A stretch of 62,910 nucleotides of DNA, filler included, from Octopus bimaculoides (lineage: Eukaryota), in assembly GCF_001194135.2 (NCBI RefSeq). It is 5 parts of 4 records of this genome, joined end to end, with 100 filler letters (N's around TTAATTAATTAA, not from the genome) between each part and the next. Parts side by side here need not be neighbours in the genome. Positions count along the whole stretch, not along the records: positions 51,453 to 60,081 come from NC_068981.1; positions 60,182 to 62,910 come from NC_068998.1; 3 more parts are not named here. One strand, written 5' to 3'. Both the position numbers and the translations under genes were made by a program. The notes under the pieces were generated by a model. It was not told where the DNA came from. It did not search any database and saw only the letters and a program-made list of their open reading frames with translations. This document shows positions 51,453-62,910 of this stretch, one piece after another. Position 1 is the first letter of the stretch. Each line of letters opens with the position of its first letter.

Positions 51453-52242
51453 CTTTCTCCTCTACTCGTTTCCCGATGCCTTGAACGAACAAGGCTGAAT
51501 ACATTTTGTTGCCTTGTTCGAAAAGTTTGCATGGTACCAACACAGACCTTGCTTCTTTCAGGTAGCTCCCCGATCTCGAGAAAATTTTCAAGACCGGGAA
51601 ACGCTACGAGATTGGGAACCACCACGAGATCTCGAGAAACAGAGGTTATTTACGGTGCGAGTAAGCTCCTGAATGCTACGTAGCAAATCCTCATTGGTCA
51701 CTGAAGAGGACTGCCTTGCAGGATCTGCGGAAACAGTACGTGGTGTGTCCGTGGAGGACTCAGAGCAATTTGAAACAAGTCGAGAAGGGTTCACTGGAAA
51801 TTCCATGACCCTATCAGCCATGGTGGCCACTTGATCTAGTGAGTTCGAGTCCGAAACCATTGCCAATATTGTCTGGACTTGCGACGGTAACTGTGTAAAG
51901 AATATCTTTCTAAGAAGTGGCCCGTCTGTTGATTCACCGCTGAGACCGCGTAGATGAGTTAAAAACTCCGTTGGAGTTCTATCGCCTAGTTGTTCATCCG
52001 CCATCAGCTCATGAAACTTGCTGGTGGCAGACCTGGCAGTCCTTCGCAATATCTCAGTCTTGACCTCATCGTAGGTCGCGTCATCTTTCGGAGTCGTGAT
52101 AAAATCCTTCGACACTTTTAGAAGCGACGAAGGCAAATTGCATAGCATTAAAGATAGCCTCCGAGTGGGCGAGACATCATGTGCCCGAAAAAAATTCTCT
52201 AACTGACCAAATAATACATCAGTCTCTCCGGCGAATGAAGGC
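51453..52242 (-). mobile_element. Ty3/Gypsy LTR retrotransposon gag (disrupted)
   Basis: PSFAGETDVLFGQLENFF...EQLGDRTPTEFLTHLR...LRKIFFTQLPSQVQTILA...LDQVATMADRVME, an SR-rich linker, then after a stop and frameshift CWYHANFSNKATKCIQPCSF...SGNE*, a typical ending for this gag type. pol is not visible (gap, then microsatellite). Confidence 0.88.
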
Positions 52243-52713
52243 NNNNNNNNNNNNNNNNNNNNNNNNNNNNNNNNNNNNNNNNNNNNNNNNNNNNNNNNNN
52301 NNNNNNNNNNNNNNNNNNNNNNNNNNNNNNNNNNNNNNNNNNNNNNNNNNNNNNNNNNNNNNNNNNNNNNNNNNNNNNNNNNNNNNNNNNNNNNNNNNNN
52401 NNNNNNNNNNNNNNNNNNNNNNNNNNNNNNNNNNNNNNNNNNNNNNNNNNNNNNNNNNNNNNNNNNNNNNNNNNNNNNNNNNNNNNNNNNNNNNNNNNNN
52501 NNNNNNNNNNNNNNNNNNNNNNNNNNNNNNNNNNNNNNNNNNNNNNNNNNNNNNNNNNNNNNNNNNNNNNNNNNNNNNNNNNNNNNNNNNNNNNNNNNNN
52601 NNNNNNNNNNNNNNNNNNNNNNNNNNNNNNNNNNNNNNNNNNNNNNNNNNNNNNNNNNNNNNNNNNNNNNNNNNNNNNNNNNNNNNNNNNNNNNNNNNNN
52701 NNNNNNNNNNNNN

Positions 52714-53098
52714 TAGGAGAGTGGGTTATATATCTTTAGATATACACCTAACTTTCCTACATTAAATTGGAAGAGAACTGAACGCAGAAACTCCAAACTG
52801 ATCAACAACAACAAATATTTATTGTTCGGTGGAAAATAAAACAGCTTCTTATTGTCCGGTTTTAGAGTAGCCTGAAATGTAGATGTACGGTTCTTCGAGC
52901 TGGTGTCGTTATAGGGACAACTTGGTTCAACCACACTCAAATGGGAGAGCTTGCTTAGACGTCTTGCTTGGTCGCTGTCTGGCTTGGTAAGAGTCAGTCT
53001 AATAGCGGGAACGCTTTGATGTTGAAACCCACGCATGCGTGGTTAAGGATTCAGTAATGGCGCCTATGCTTTTTTGGCGCCAATATGACGTCACTACA
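52714..53098 (-). mobile_element. Putative 5' LTR of the Gypsy element
   Basis: The minus-strand start is TGTAGTGAC (53098). The other end ...CCCACTCTCCTA runs into the gap, consistent with CTACA. AATAAA at 52823-52818 is followed by a GT-rich tract. It lies upstream of gag, on the same strand. Confidence 0.6.
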
Positions 53099-53517
53099 GT
53101 ATCAACAGGTGATTATGTAGAATATGCATTTTGTAAGTTGTGTTATAGTACTGGAAGGTGACTGTATATAATACATGCCATGTAAATTGTATTATTTTAC
53201 TGAGTTCTGCTATTGAATCGAAAGTCGCTTGCAGTACAAAGAAAGGTTATTTTCTTTAGATTGTGTACAAAATTGTAGGCCCTGATATGATAAGACTGAT
53301 AATGGTCATGCTGTGAACGCTAGTAATAATAGTAAAAAAAGTGAAATAGAACCAGCGCATGTATTTATCATTGGCATAATGGCCTTTATGAGAGATAATA
53401 GAATCAAAAAGTTAAATAAGCCACTATGAATTAATGCTCATAGTTGTTCCTCTGATGATGGTACATATAAAAAGCTGTTATAATTTCCTATTCTCTACCA
53501 GTCAAATAATATAAAGT

Positions 53518-53577
53518 TCATTGGCCAAAGATATAGTAGAGCAGTTGTAACAAAAGACAACTGATCATGTAAGCTAT
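53518..53577 (-). CDS. Possible terminal coding exon of the membrane-protein gene (IAYMISCLLLQLLYYIFGQ*)
   Basis: Strong acceptor ttttttttcag| in phase 0 after the 53849 exon, then 19 hydrophobic codons and TGA. No family motif recognised. Confidence 0.35.
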   Translation of the reverse strand: MAYMISCLLLQLLYYIFGQ

Positions 53578-53599
53578 CTGAAAAAAAAATATATATTAA

Positions 53600-53800
53600 T
53601 CCTTTTCTGTATTATTTTTATTGAGACACACTGTCTTTGTTTCAATTAATTTGGAAAATAATGAGGAGTTTAGAAAAATTACTTCATTATTAAATTTTGA
53701 TGCAAAGCTTTAGTTTAGATCACTTTAAAGTGGAGAAATTTGTATCATACAATTAGGGAGAGGGGTGGTGGTGGTGTTGGGCAGGTTGATATCAAATGGG
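53600..53800. mobile_element. Diverged piggyBac-like MITE copy
   Basis: TTAA|TCCTTTT...ATCAAATGGG|TTAA, with internal similarity to 50207-50427. Confidence 0.7.
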
Positions 53801-53848
53801 TTAAAACTGAAATAAGATATTTGTCTGAAGCAAATAAAAACAACTTAC

Positions 53849-53907
53849 AGTGACTTGGAGATCAAATTTTAATAATGTTGAAAATAGTGTTGCCTGTTTG
53901 TACATGT
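53849..53907 (-). CDS. Exon of an uncharacterised multi-pass membrane protein ((N)MYKQATLFSTLLKFDLQVT)
   Basis: tttctttattcag|AC ATG...ACT|gtaagt. 59 nt; phase 1 in and phase 0 out, matching the neighbouring exon. Confidence 0.88.
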
Positions 53908-54790
53908 CTGAATAAAGAAATAGAAATAGAAAGAAAAAGAAAATGGTAAATGATACTTAATTTCTGCAGTCAATATTTTACATATGCTATTATGAGAACA
54001 GATGAATTTAGAAGCATATTTAGGAATTTAGGAGTTATACCAAAGATTTAGTTGTAATTTAACATAACAAAATGATAATTTGTTGATGAGAACAAGATTA
54101 TTGAGAAGAATATATGTTATGTGCATTGCATTGAGATGAATATCTTTTCTTTTTATCTTTTACTAGTTTCAGTCATTAGACTTCGGCCAAGCTGGAGCAC
54201 CATCTGAATGAACTTTTAACTGAATGAATTGGCCCCAGTACTTTATTTTTGTTAAGCCTGGTACTTATTTTATCAGTTTCTTTTGCTGAACTGGTAAGTT
54301 ACAGGGAAGTGAACACGCCAACACCAGCTGTCAAGCAGTAATGGGGGACAAACACAAACAAAGACACACATATATATACATATATATATACATACATACA
54401 TACATACATATATATATATACATATATACAGATACATATAAATCTATATGTCAAGCTTCTTTCGGTTTCCATCTACCAAATCTATCAATTGAGGGAAGAA
54501 ATACACCAATAGAAAAATATACCAAGCTTTAAAAATGGGTCCTCAGATTGATTTGTTTGACTAAGCCCTTCAAGGCAGTGCCCCAGCATGGCCACAAACC
54601 AATGACTGAAATAAAAAAATAAAAAAATAAAAAAATAAATGAAGAGGAACAAAATATTATTTAAAAAAAGATATTTTGTCTTGAATTGCTGCTTCTATCA
54701 TCAAATATTTCACAGTGGTGCTCCAGCATGACCACAGCCAAATAGATGAAACGAATAAAAGAATACCAAGGAAATTCTTATCATACTTAC

Positions 54791-54907
54791 TCTGAAGAGC
54801 TTCAGAAGCCCCGACTATCTTGAATTCAAGCCAGCCAAACCTTCGTACAACAAGTGTAGCCAAGCCGATATTTAATGGAACAAGTATGGAGGCTATAATG
54901 AGCCGAA

Positions 54908-54908
<1 letters not shown>
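54791..54908 (-). CDS. Exon of an uncharacterised multi-pass membrane protein (VRLIIASILVPLNIGLATLVVRRFGWLEFKIVGASEALQ)
   Basis: ttattcag|GTT...CAG A|gtaagt. 118 nt; phase 0 in and phase 1 out. The FGWLEFKIVGAS motif is recalled from DUF7789-type invertebrate proteins. Confidence 0.9.
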
Positions 54909-54986
<78 letters not shown>

Positions 54987-56716
54987 AATAACACTAATAA
55001 TAATAAGAGCATTATCGCTGTGAAAACAACATCCATTCATGAATTTATTTATTTATTAATTTTTTTTAAATACATATTTTACCTGTGAATTTGCATGTGT
55101 AAACTGAGAATGCATACAATGAGCTTCTCTGCCCTAGGTGTATGGAAAACACTTGGTGAGAAATGGAAGAAAATTTGAAGAAAGAAGAAAAAAAAAACAT
55201 AATAATAATAATAAACATTAGTGGGCAATGAAAATGGTGAGATGGTCCCAGTACTGTGAGTACCAGAAATGAAAACTATTTTTTAAATAATCAGGAACAA
55301 CATCATGGTGGGGCACTATGAGAAAACAACATTCGTTGAACTGCTAGAATAATTAGAAAAGTGTTTGACATTTGAAGGCACCACCTCAGTCAACCAGCAA
55401 CAAATGCAGCGCAGCAAGCCAAATGATATTGGTTTCAAATTTTGACACAAGGCTAGCAATTTCAGGGAAGGGGTTTAGTCAAATACATCGACCCCAGTGC
55501 TCAACTGATACTTTATCAACCCCAAAAGAGTTGAAAGGCAAAGTCAACCTTGGCAGAATTTGAACTCAGAATGTAAAAATGTGGAAAGTGTTACTAAGCA
55601 TTTTGCCCAGCATGGTAACAATTCTGCCAGCTCGCTGCCTTTATAATGATAATACAATAAAATCAAAATTAAAGTAAATTAGGAATAAGATTTTGATGTC
55701 ATAAAGTAAGTACTGATGATGTATAGAGCTGTCCAGTTTGGGGCTCAAACCCGCAATCATGCAATCATGAGTGCAACACCTTAACTACTAGGCCACATGC
55801 ATTCATAAGAATAAGATATAGAAATAACAGCATAGATATAGGAATGTATTTTGTTGTGTTTGGGGAGAGAGATAAATACATAAACACTATGGAAGCCAGC
55901 CCTTGTGAGTTCATAAAACTTGAAAAAGATGCTTTATTGTCCAATGCACCATTCCTTTTTAAAGAGAATAATGGGTGATTTGAAGAATACTGGCTACTAT
56001 TTCTAGCAGGTCAATGGACCACATAGAGGCTTCTTCGCTGGTTCATGGTGTCGTTTTTATTCTGAATATATATAAGCTTAATGTGTGAAGGTGCACGGCC
56101 TAGTGGTTAGGGTTTTGCACACACAATTGCAACTTTGTGGTCTCAATTCCCAGACACATTAGGTAATGCATAGGTAGGTCTTCAAAAGGGGTCTTAGGAA
56201 GTAGTATCCCTGCCTTCCTGAGCTAGTTTTCCACCACATTTCTTAAAAATCGTGGTAGAGACCTTGGTCTCGGGATCACTCATGTCTAGAAACTGAGGTT
56301 GGGGGTAAGTAAGGGCATGGTCCCCATAGAAAATCCAGCTCCAAAAAAGTCTCATGATAGCAAAGCAGAATGGGCACCAGTCAGTCCAAAGGTTGGGGTG
56401 GGCTGCACCTGCCAATCTCGGTTGTACAATCCCTCAGCTTACCAACCCTGATCAAACCATCGATTGGCAGAATAAGTAGAGCTTCTGATAAAATGTATTA
56501 CTCTATTTAATTACTACCTTTTACATTTTAAATTCAAATCTTGAGGCAATTCTACTTTTCATCTTTCCAAGTCAATAAAGTAGTCGCAGTCAAGTACAAT
56601 TGATTTATACAACTGATTGTTCTCACTCAAACAGTTGTGGCTTTATGCTTAAGAAATTAGTATGAAGCGTTAATAACATTTATTTTTTTTGCTTAACATC
56701 CACCTACCCTATTTCT

Positions 56717-56945
56717 GATTTCTTTATTGCCCACAAGGGGTTAAACATAGAGGGGACAAACAAGGACAGACAAAGGGATTAAGTCGATTACATCGACCCT
56801 AGTGCATAACTGATACTTAATTTATCGACCCCGAAAGGATGAAAGGCAAAGTCGACCTCGGTGGAATTTGAACTCAGAATGTAATGGCAGACGAAATACC
56901 GCTTAAGCATTTCGCCCGGTGTGCTAACATTTCTGCCAGCTCACC
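56717..56945 (-). mobile_element. Family-B SINE, same tail subfamily as 11981-12211, with TSD
   Basis: Tail TTTCTTTATTGCCCACAAGGGG...; flanking TACCCTATTTCT / TACCCCATTTCT. Confidence 0.85.
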
Positions 56946-57606
56946 TACCCCATTTCTATGCCCTTCTTGTCACAAGCCTTCACCTGTTCCCCTATGATAG
57001 ACATGTTTTGTATGGAAGATGAGTGATGAACACTCCTTGCCTGACAGTAATATTTATTTACAACTGTCACTCAATGTCAAGACAAAGAGATACTAACATA
57101 TGTGTGTGAGCATGCGTGCGCACACGCATGCACACACACACACACATGATAGGCTTCTTTCAGTTTTCTTCTACCAAATCCACTCACAATGCTTTGGTCA
57201 GCTCTGAGCTATAGCTGAAGACTCTTGCTCAAGGTCCCACACAATGGGATTGAATCCAGAACCATGTGGTTGGGAAGCCTTGCTAAAATATTGTTTTTAT
57301 CTTTTCTTTTCTACTCTAGGCACAAGGCCCAAAATTTTTGAGGCAGGGCCCAGTTGATTAGATCAACCCCAGTGCACAACTGGTACTTAATTTATCAACC
57401 CCCACCCAAAAGGATCAAAGGCAAAGTCGACCTTGGCGGAATTTGAACTCAGAACGTAGTGGCAGACGAAATACCACTAAGTATTTTGTCCAACATACGA
57501 GCATTTCTGCCAGCTCCCTGCCTTCGCTCTGTTAACATATTATCAGCAGAACAAAATATGAATTATTTCAAGATAAATACGAGGAGGAAAATTCTTTACA
57601 ACTTAC

Positions 57607-57749
57607 CAATTTAACTGTTTCTAAATTCTTATTTACGCTGGCTTGCACAATACAGTAGATGAAAATAACAATCATTGCAGCAACCAAAGCTAGCAATTCA
57701 TAGGCCCGTTCTCTTAGGAGACCATGAATGGTATAAAACACACAGAATC
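57607..57749 (-). CDS. Exon of an uncharacterised multi-pass membrane protein ((G)FCVFYTIHGLLRERAYELLALVAAMIVIFIYCIVQASVNKNLETVKL)
   Basis: ctttctttcag|GA TTC...TTG|gtaagt. 143 nt; phase 1 in and phase 0 out. It has a TM helix and an HGxLRERxYEL motif (DUF7789-like, from recall). The upstream exon was not found in the window. Confidence 0.9.
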
Positions 57750-58669
57750 CTGAAAGAAAGGACTATATTGGTTACATTTTGGGGGATTTTTACCTTTTTG
57801 AAACAATAATATATTTTAAACACTTGGAAATATGACCAACAGACCAGTCTAGTAATATATACCATTGTCAAATCTTACCTCAAATAAATCTTTATGCTTT
57901 TAAGCATTGAATCTTCAGGTTCCAAGTTCTTAACCAAAATATGACATATTAAATATAAAAAAAGATACAGAGGATATTGCAATGATGCATAGGTTATAAA
58001 ATCAATTGAATAAAAAGGTTTTAGTAATGTATTTTACTAGAACATTGAACAATACGGTTCTCTAAACTATCAATACAGTCCCTGATAGGCTGGCTTGGGT
58101 TTCAATATGACTAAAATTAAATAAATTTATCTTTCAGGCCACAATGTTTATGTGAAATAACATCGATTTTTTAACATATAATGTTTTAATGATGGTTTAT
58201 AGCCTTGAGATGAAATAGAACACAATAATTTCATTTGGGACCTTAGAAAATGATAAAATGTACTGGTGTAAGTCAAGAGGAACTCTGGCTTGTCAAGCTG
58301 TTGCCATCTTGTCTCTTTACAGTGACTTTCCATTGATTTTATACATATGTACATATATGAATAAAGTTAAGAATTTGAAACCTGAGAAAAAATATGGCAA
58401 CTGCTCTCCATTACTGGAGGTGTAAATAGTCACATCTAGTTTATGGGTGCTATGAAAAATTAAGATGAAATGAAGTACCCATTGCAAAAGTGATTGGAAG
58501 TATTGGTTGTAATTGATTGATGATATTGCCTACTTCGATTGATACACACACTCTACTAACAAATATACAAGCACATCTTTTCTCTGACTTATGGCTTCTT
58601 AACAACTATATATATCTCAAATGCCCCAGAGATTCTCTAGAGACAATGAATAATTTATACAACCAAGGT

Positions 58670-60040
58670 GACCTAATTATCAGAGGAGGAGGATGTACTA
58701 AAAGTGTAATTGCTAGAATAAGAATAGGATGGAGAAAGTTCAGAGAACTTTTACCTCTGTTGGCAAACAAAGGTCTTTCTCTCCTAGGGAAAGGAAGTTT
58801 GCATGATGCATGCATATGAACAGCAATGTTACATTGTAGTGAGACATGAGCCCTGATGGCAGAGAACATATGAAGACTAGAGAGGAATGAAACTAGTGTG
58901 CTCCACTGGATGTGCAATGTCAGTGTACATGTATGGCAGAGTATTAGCGTATTGGGAGAAAAGTTAGGCATAAGAGGAATTAGATGCATTGTGTAAGACA
59001 GAAGGCTGCATTAGTTTAGTCATGTGATGCATATGGATGAGAACAGTTGTATAAAGAAGTACCAATCACTTGAAGTAGATGGAACTTGTGGGAGAGGGCG
59101 ACCTAGGAAGACATGAAAAGAAGTACTGAAGGCCGATCTCAAAACAATGAGCCTTATGAAGGAGATGACGAAGAACTGAAATATCTGGCACCTTTCTGTA
59201 CTTAAGAAGACCTGTCCACCACAGCAGAATTGATATCCAAAAACCATCTTGGTAATGCATGTCCATGAGGGGCACTGCCCCATCAGTTTTTATTCCCTAC
59301 ATTTCATGCCCTAACATCCATCACTTTTCTATGAACTGACAGCAGAATAGGCACATACTACACTCCCCAGCTTTCTCCACCCCACACCACTTCCATTTTC
59401 CATTATCTTCCCCCACCTACTGTCACACCTCACATATCTGCTATTACCCACAATGCCCTCATATAACTACTGCAACCCTCACTCCAAGCCTCTTCTAGGT
59501 TTCTCTCTAGCATTTGCTATAGTCACCCACCTGCCCAATCCAAACCTCTGTATAACTTCACCTATTCTCACCACGCTCAAAGACCCTTGAGAGCGTGTCC
59601 TCACACATCTTCACCATATCTCTATCACTACTGCTCTACTTATCTTATCTTACTCTCTAACTCACTCTCTTTTCCATTCCAACTGGGTAATCTGCGTATC
59701 TACAACAAGACACCAGTCTCTGTCCCTCTGTATCTTTCAATATCTCAACTGGCACAAAGCCACCCCTACAATACTGCTCCTCGCTCTCAGTTGAGGGATC
59801 CTTGCTTTTTTTTGTCTTTTTTGTCTTTTTGCAAGGTACGTGGTGACCCTGTCAGGGCTTGTGCCATGTAAAAAGTACCCAGTATACTCTGTAAAATGGT
59901 TGGCATTAAGAAGGGCATCCAGCAGTAGAAACCATGCCAAAACAGACAATGGAACCTGGTACAGCTTCTGGCCCTGTCAGCTCTTGTCAAACCATGCAAC
60001 CCATGGAAAATGGATGTTAAATAATGATGATGATGATGGG
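58670..60040 (+). mobile_element. 5'-truncated RTE LINE with a long C-rich 3' UTR and (GAT)n tail
   Basis: SVIARIRIGWRKFRELLPLL...RLERNETSVLHWMCNV...GTCGRGRPRKT*KEVLKADLK, with stops. The tail matches the other RTE 3' ends. Confidence 0.88.
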
Positions 60041-62910
60041 GATATGTGTGTGTGTGTATGTATGTATGTATGTATATATATNNNNNNNNNNNNNNNNNNN
60101 NNNNNNNNNNNNNNNNNNNNNNNNNTTAATTAATTAANNNNNNNNNNNNNNNNNNNNNNNNNNNNNNNNNNNNNNNNNNNNTTATAGGCACAAGGCCTGG
60201 AATTTGGGAGAAAGCAATAAGTCGATTATTCAACTGGTACTTTTTTTTTCATTTTCTTTTTTATTCTAGGCACAAGGCCCGAAATTTTTGGAGAGGAGGT
60301 CAGTCGATTAGATCGACCCCAGTACGCAACTGGTACTTATTTTATCGACACTGAAAAGATGAAAGGCAAAGTCGACCTCGACGGAATGTGAACTCAGAAC
60401 GTGAAGACAGACGAAATACCGCTAAGCATTTCGTCCGGCGTGCTAACGATTCTGCCAGCTCACCGGCTTAGATGTATAAATAAAAAAGGGGGAAAATAAA
60501 ACCATCAAAATGTGTGGGGAATATCACGGTTCACATGAAGTGAAGGGCTCAAGTAAATAATTTAAATCTGGGGCTGTTTCAAGAGAGCGTATCAGCAAAA
60601 TGCAAACCCCGAAATCTAAATACTAAGCCACACTCCTTCAATAAAAAAAGGGGATGTACAACAAATCACGCGATGCTCCAGACTATTGGGTATTGTTATA
60701 CATCGGTGATCTTAATGTGCTTTGTAAACCTTTTAGCTTTCAAAATGAGGCAACCCCGCTGGCTGGGTGAACAGGTCCGCATCCCTCATATGATCGGAGA
60801 GGTGTTCTGTTGCAAGATTACTCGGTTCCAGCTGAGTGAAGTGGAGTGATGCGAAATGAAGTACCTTGCTCAAGAACACAACCAGTCGCCGGATCAGGGA
60901 ATCAAACCCACGATCCGGCTATCGGGAGTGCAACACCTTACCCACTGGGCCACGCACGTATAGCAAATACAGAGTGATAATTCTAACGTTGTTGCTGTTA
61001 TTGTTGTTTAGATTAAGATCAGCTTTGATTAAGCAAGCTTATGTTAATCCATGACTATCTTGTTTCTTTTTTCTTTTCATTTTTTCTTTGCATCTAAGGC
61101 AGGATTACTCAATGTGTCATTTGTTTAAGCCATTAGTTGTGATTTGAGAGAGAGAGATTTAGTTGCTATTTCTAGCAGATCGAGTGATCAAGCAGAGCTT
61201 CCTTAGCTGGTTCATGAATGTCTTCATTGTATTGAATGACGTATTTCCATAACATAAAACTTTAAGGTTACGTCGGCCCCGAATACTTTCGGTGAAATGC
61301 AATATCTAACGCAAGTCCATCAAGCGAAACCTATCCCTCTCCGAGAGAAAGTGAATTCATCTGGAAGTACTCGACCATTGAGAGATAACTTTCTTACTCT
61401 CGATACGAACTGCTGACCCCTTCGAATGAGAAACGTTGTTTGTTTTTGTTTTTTGTTGTTGTTTTTTTTTTTGATTTTTGGTGGGGTTTTTTTTTTTCCC
61501 TTAACAACTCGGCGTTCCGTGACACTCAATTATATAAAATATTCATACCATGAAACGACAGAGAAACTTCCCGGCCAACTCAGTATTTGTTTTTTTGTTT
61601 TTTGTTTTTTGAATGGTATTGGTAAATAATGAAATCTAGATAAATAGAGTCAGGTCCACCTGAATCAACAGAAAACAGTTCCTAATAACTTGATATTTGT
61701 TTTTCCTTCAAATTACAAACATAAAGATTTGCTTTTGCTCCGAATTGCAATATGCAATGAAAAATGGATTCACTATATCAACCGATGATAATCTATTCTC
61801 TGGTTTCATTTCTCTGAAGAACACGGAATATGAATCCGTTTTTCAGATCAAAGTAGTTTATTATTAGTGTTTAGTGGTTGGCAGCTGCTGCTATGCAGCA
61901 GAACTTCTTAGAACCCAAGCAAACCTGGTATAAAACTACAAAAAGCTGCTAAAAGCACATCTATACTTTGGTAATCGGAAGTGAGCGAAATAGCAAAAAT
62001 TTGCTCTATTTTCATTCATCTTCTTTCAATAAAGAGTAACATTCCGGTAATAATTGGAGAAAGATTTCATTTGAGAACTATATTATAATGCTGTATCTAT
62101 ATTGGAGTAAGGCGAAATTTCGTGAGAATCTGGAAATAGAGCCAAACGGAAGAACAGGCACAACCCTTCTCAAATTATCAGATATTAACTAAATTCCTAA
62201 CGAAAAAGCTATAAGTCTAGAAGCTGGATATAATCTACAGATATAATCTAGGATCTGCAGATTGGTTATTATCTATAGTCTAGTGAGGATTAAAAGGCAA
62301 CTGAGTGAACGGATACTGATTAAATTATATAGCTTTATTATATATCCTAATATCTGGAGACTGATTGTACTCTGCGGACAGTCTATAATTGGTTGACAAA
62401 GATAGGCTGACTATTTCTTATAGGCTTCTTTAAGCCAATAACAAGACATATAGACTCGTGGATTAATGTGGAACTATAGGTTATAACTTATAGTTCTACT
62501 AGAGACTATGACCAAAGACTGACTAAATCCAATAGGCTAGGAACTGTCTTTATATTGCCTGTGATCTATAGGTTACCTACACATGTGGATAAACACAATG
62601 GGAGAGATAGATGCTCAGGGAACAGCAGATCGAGCATAATGTGTAGTCATCAACTCGTCTACTGATATCGTTTTTTTTTTTAATGTAATAATGATGCATT
62701 GGGTGATTACTAAATATCTTTTTATGGATTTCAAATTTTGGCACAAGGTCTGCAAATTCTGGGGCGGGGGTAGAGAGTAAGTTGTTTACACTAAACCCAG
62801 TATTCAACTGGATGAAAGTCAGAGTCGACTTCGGCGGAATTTGAACTCAGAACGTAAAAACAGACGAAATCTATTCTAATCTAGGCACAAGGCTCGAAAT
62901 TTTGGGAGAA

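Noticed and set aside
58150-58390. ETRWQQLDKPEFLL, resembling the expected N-terminal exon of the membrane gene
   Set aside because: No phase-1 donor is in frame (the GTAAGA donor near 57880 follows an in-frame TGA), and the downstream sequence lacks the expected TM helices.

Overview
This is AT-rich eukaryotic genomic DNA with many assembly gaps. The SINE families, RTE LINEs and very dense microsatellites point to an octopus genome (inference, no database search was run). Most of the window is transposon-derived. It holds at least four tRNA-headed SINE families, many decayed RTE-type LINE pieces, a 5'-truncated LINE with a restriction-like endonuclease (R4/Dong type) between microsatellites, a partial Ty3/Gypsy element (LTR plus gag), hAT and piggyBac-like MITEs, and a ~320-bp fold-back element. 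One host gene is well supported. It has three phase-consistent minus-strand exons (57607-57749, 54791-54908, 53849-53907) encoding an uncharacterised multi-pass membrane protein that resembles the invertebrate DUF7789 family (from recall). It may end early in a short fourth exon just upstream of the Gypsy LTR. A possible small two-exon orphan gene (43005-43077 plus 38030-38253), two promoter-like motif clusters (~16.9-17.2 kb and ~28.5 kb) and sharp CpG-depleted domains are also visible. Almost all ORFs in the supplied track are spurious (microsatellite, gap or repeat translations). I see no CRISPR, rRNA or intact tRNA, and no clearly new multi-gene system. The findings below are leads.
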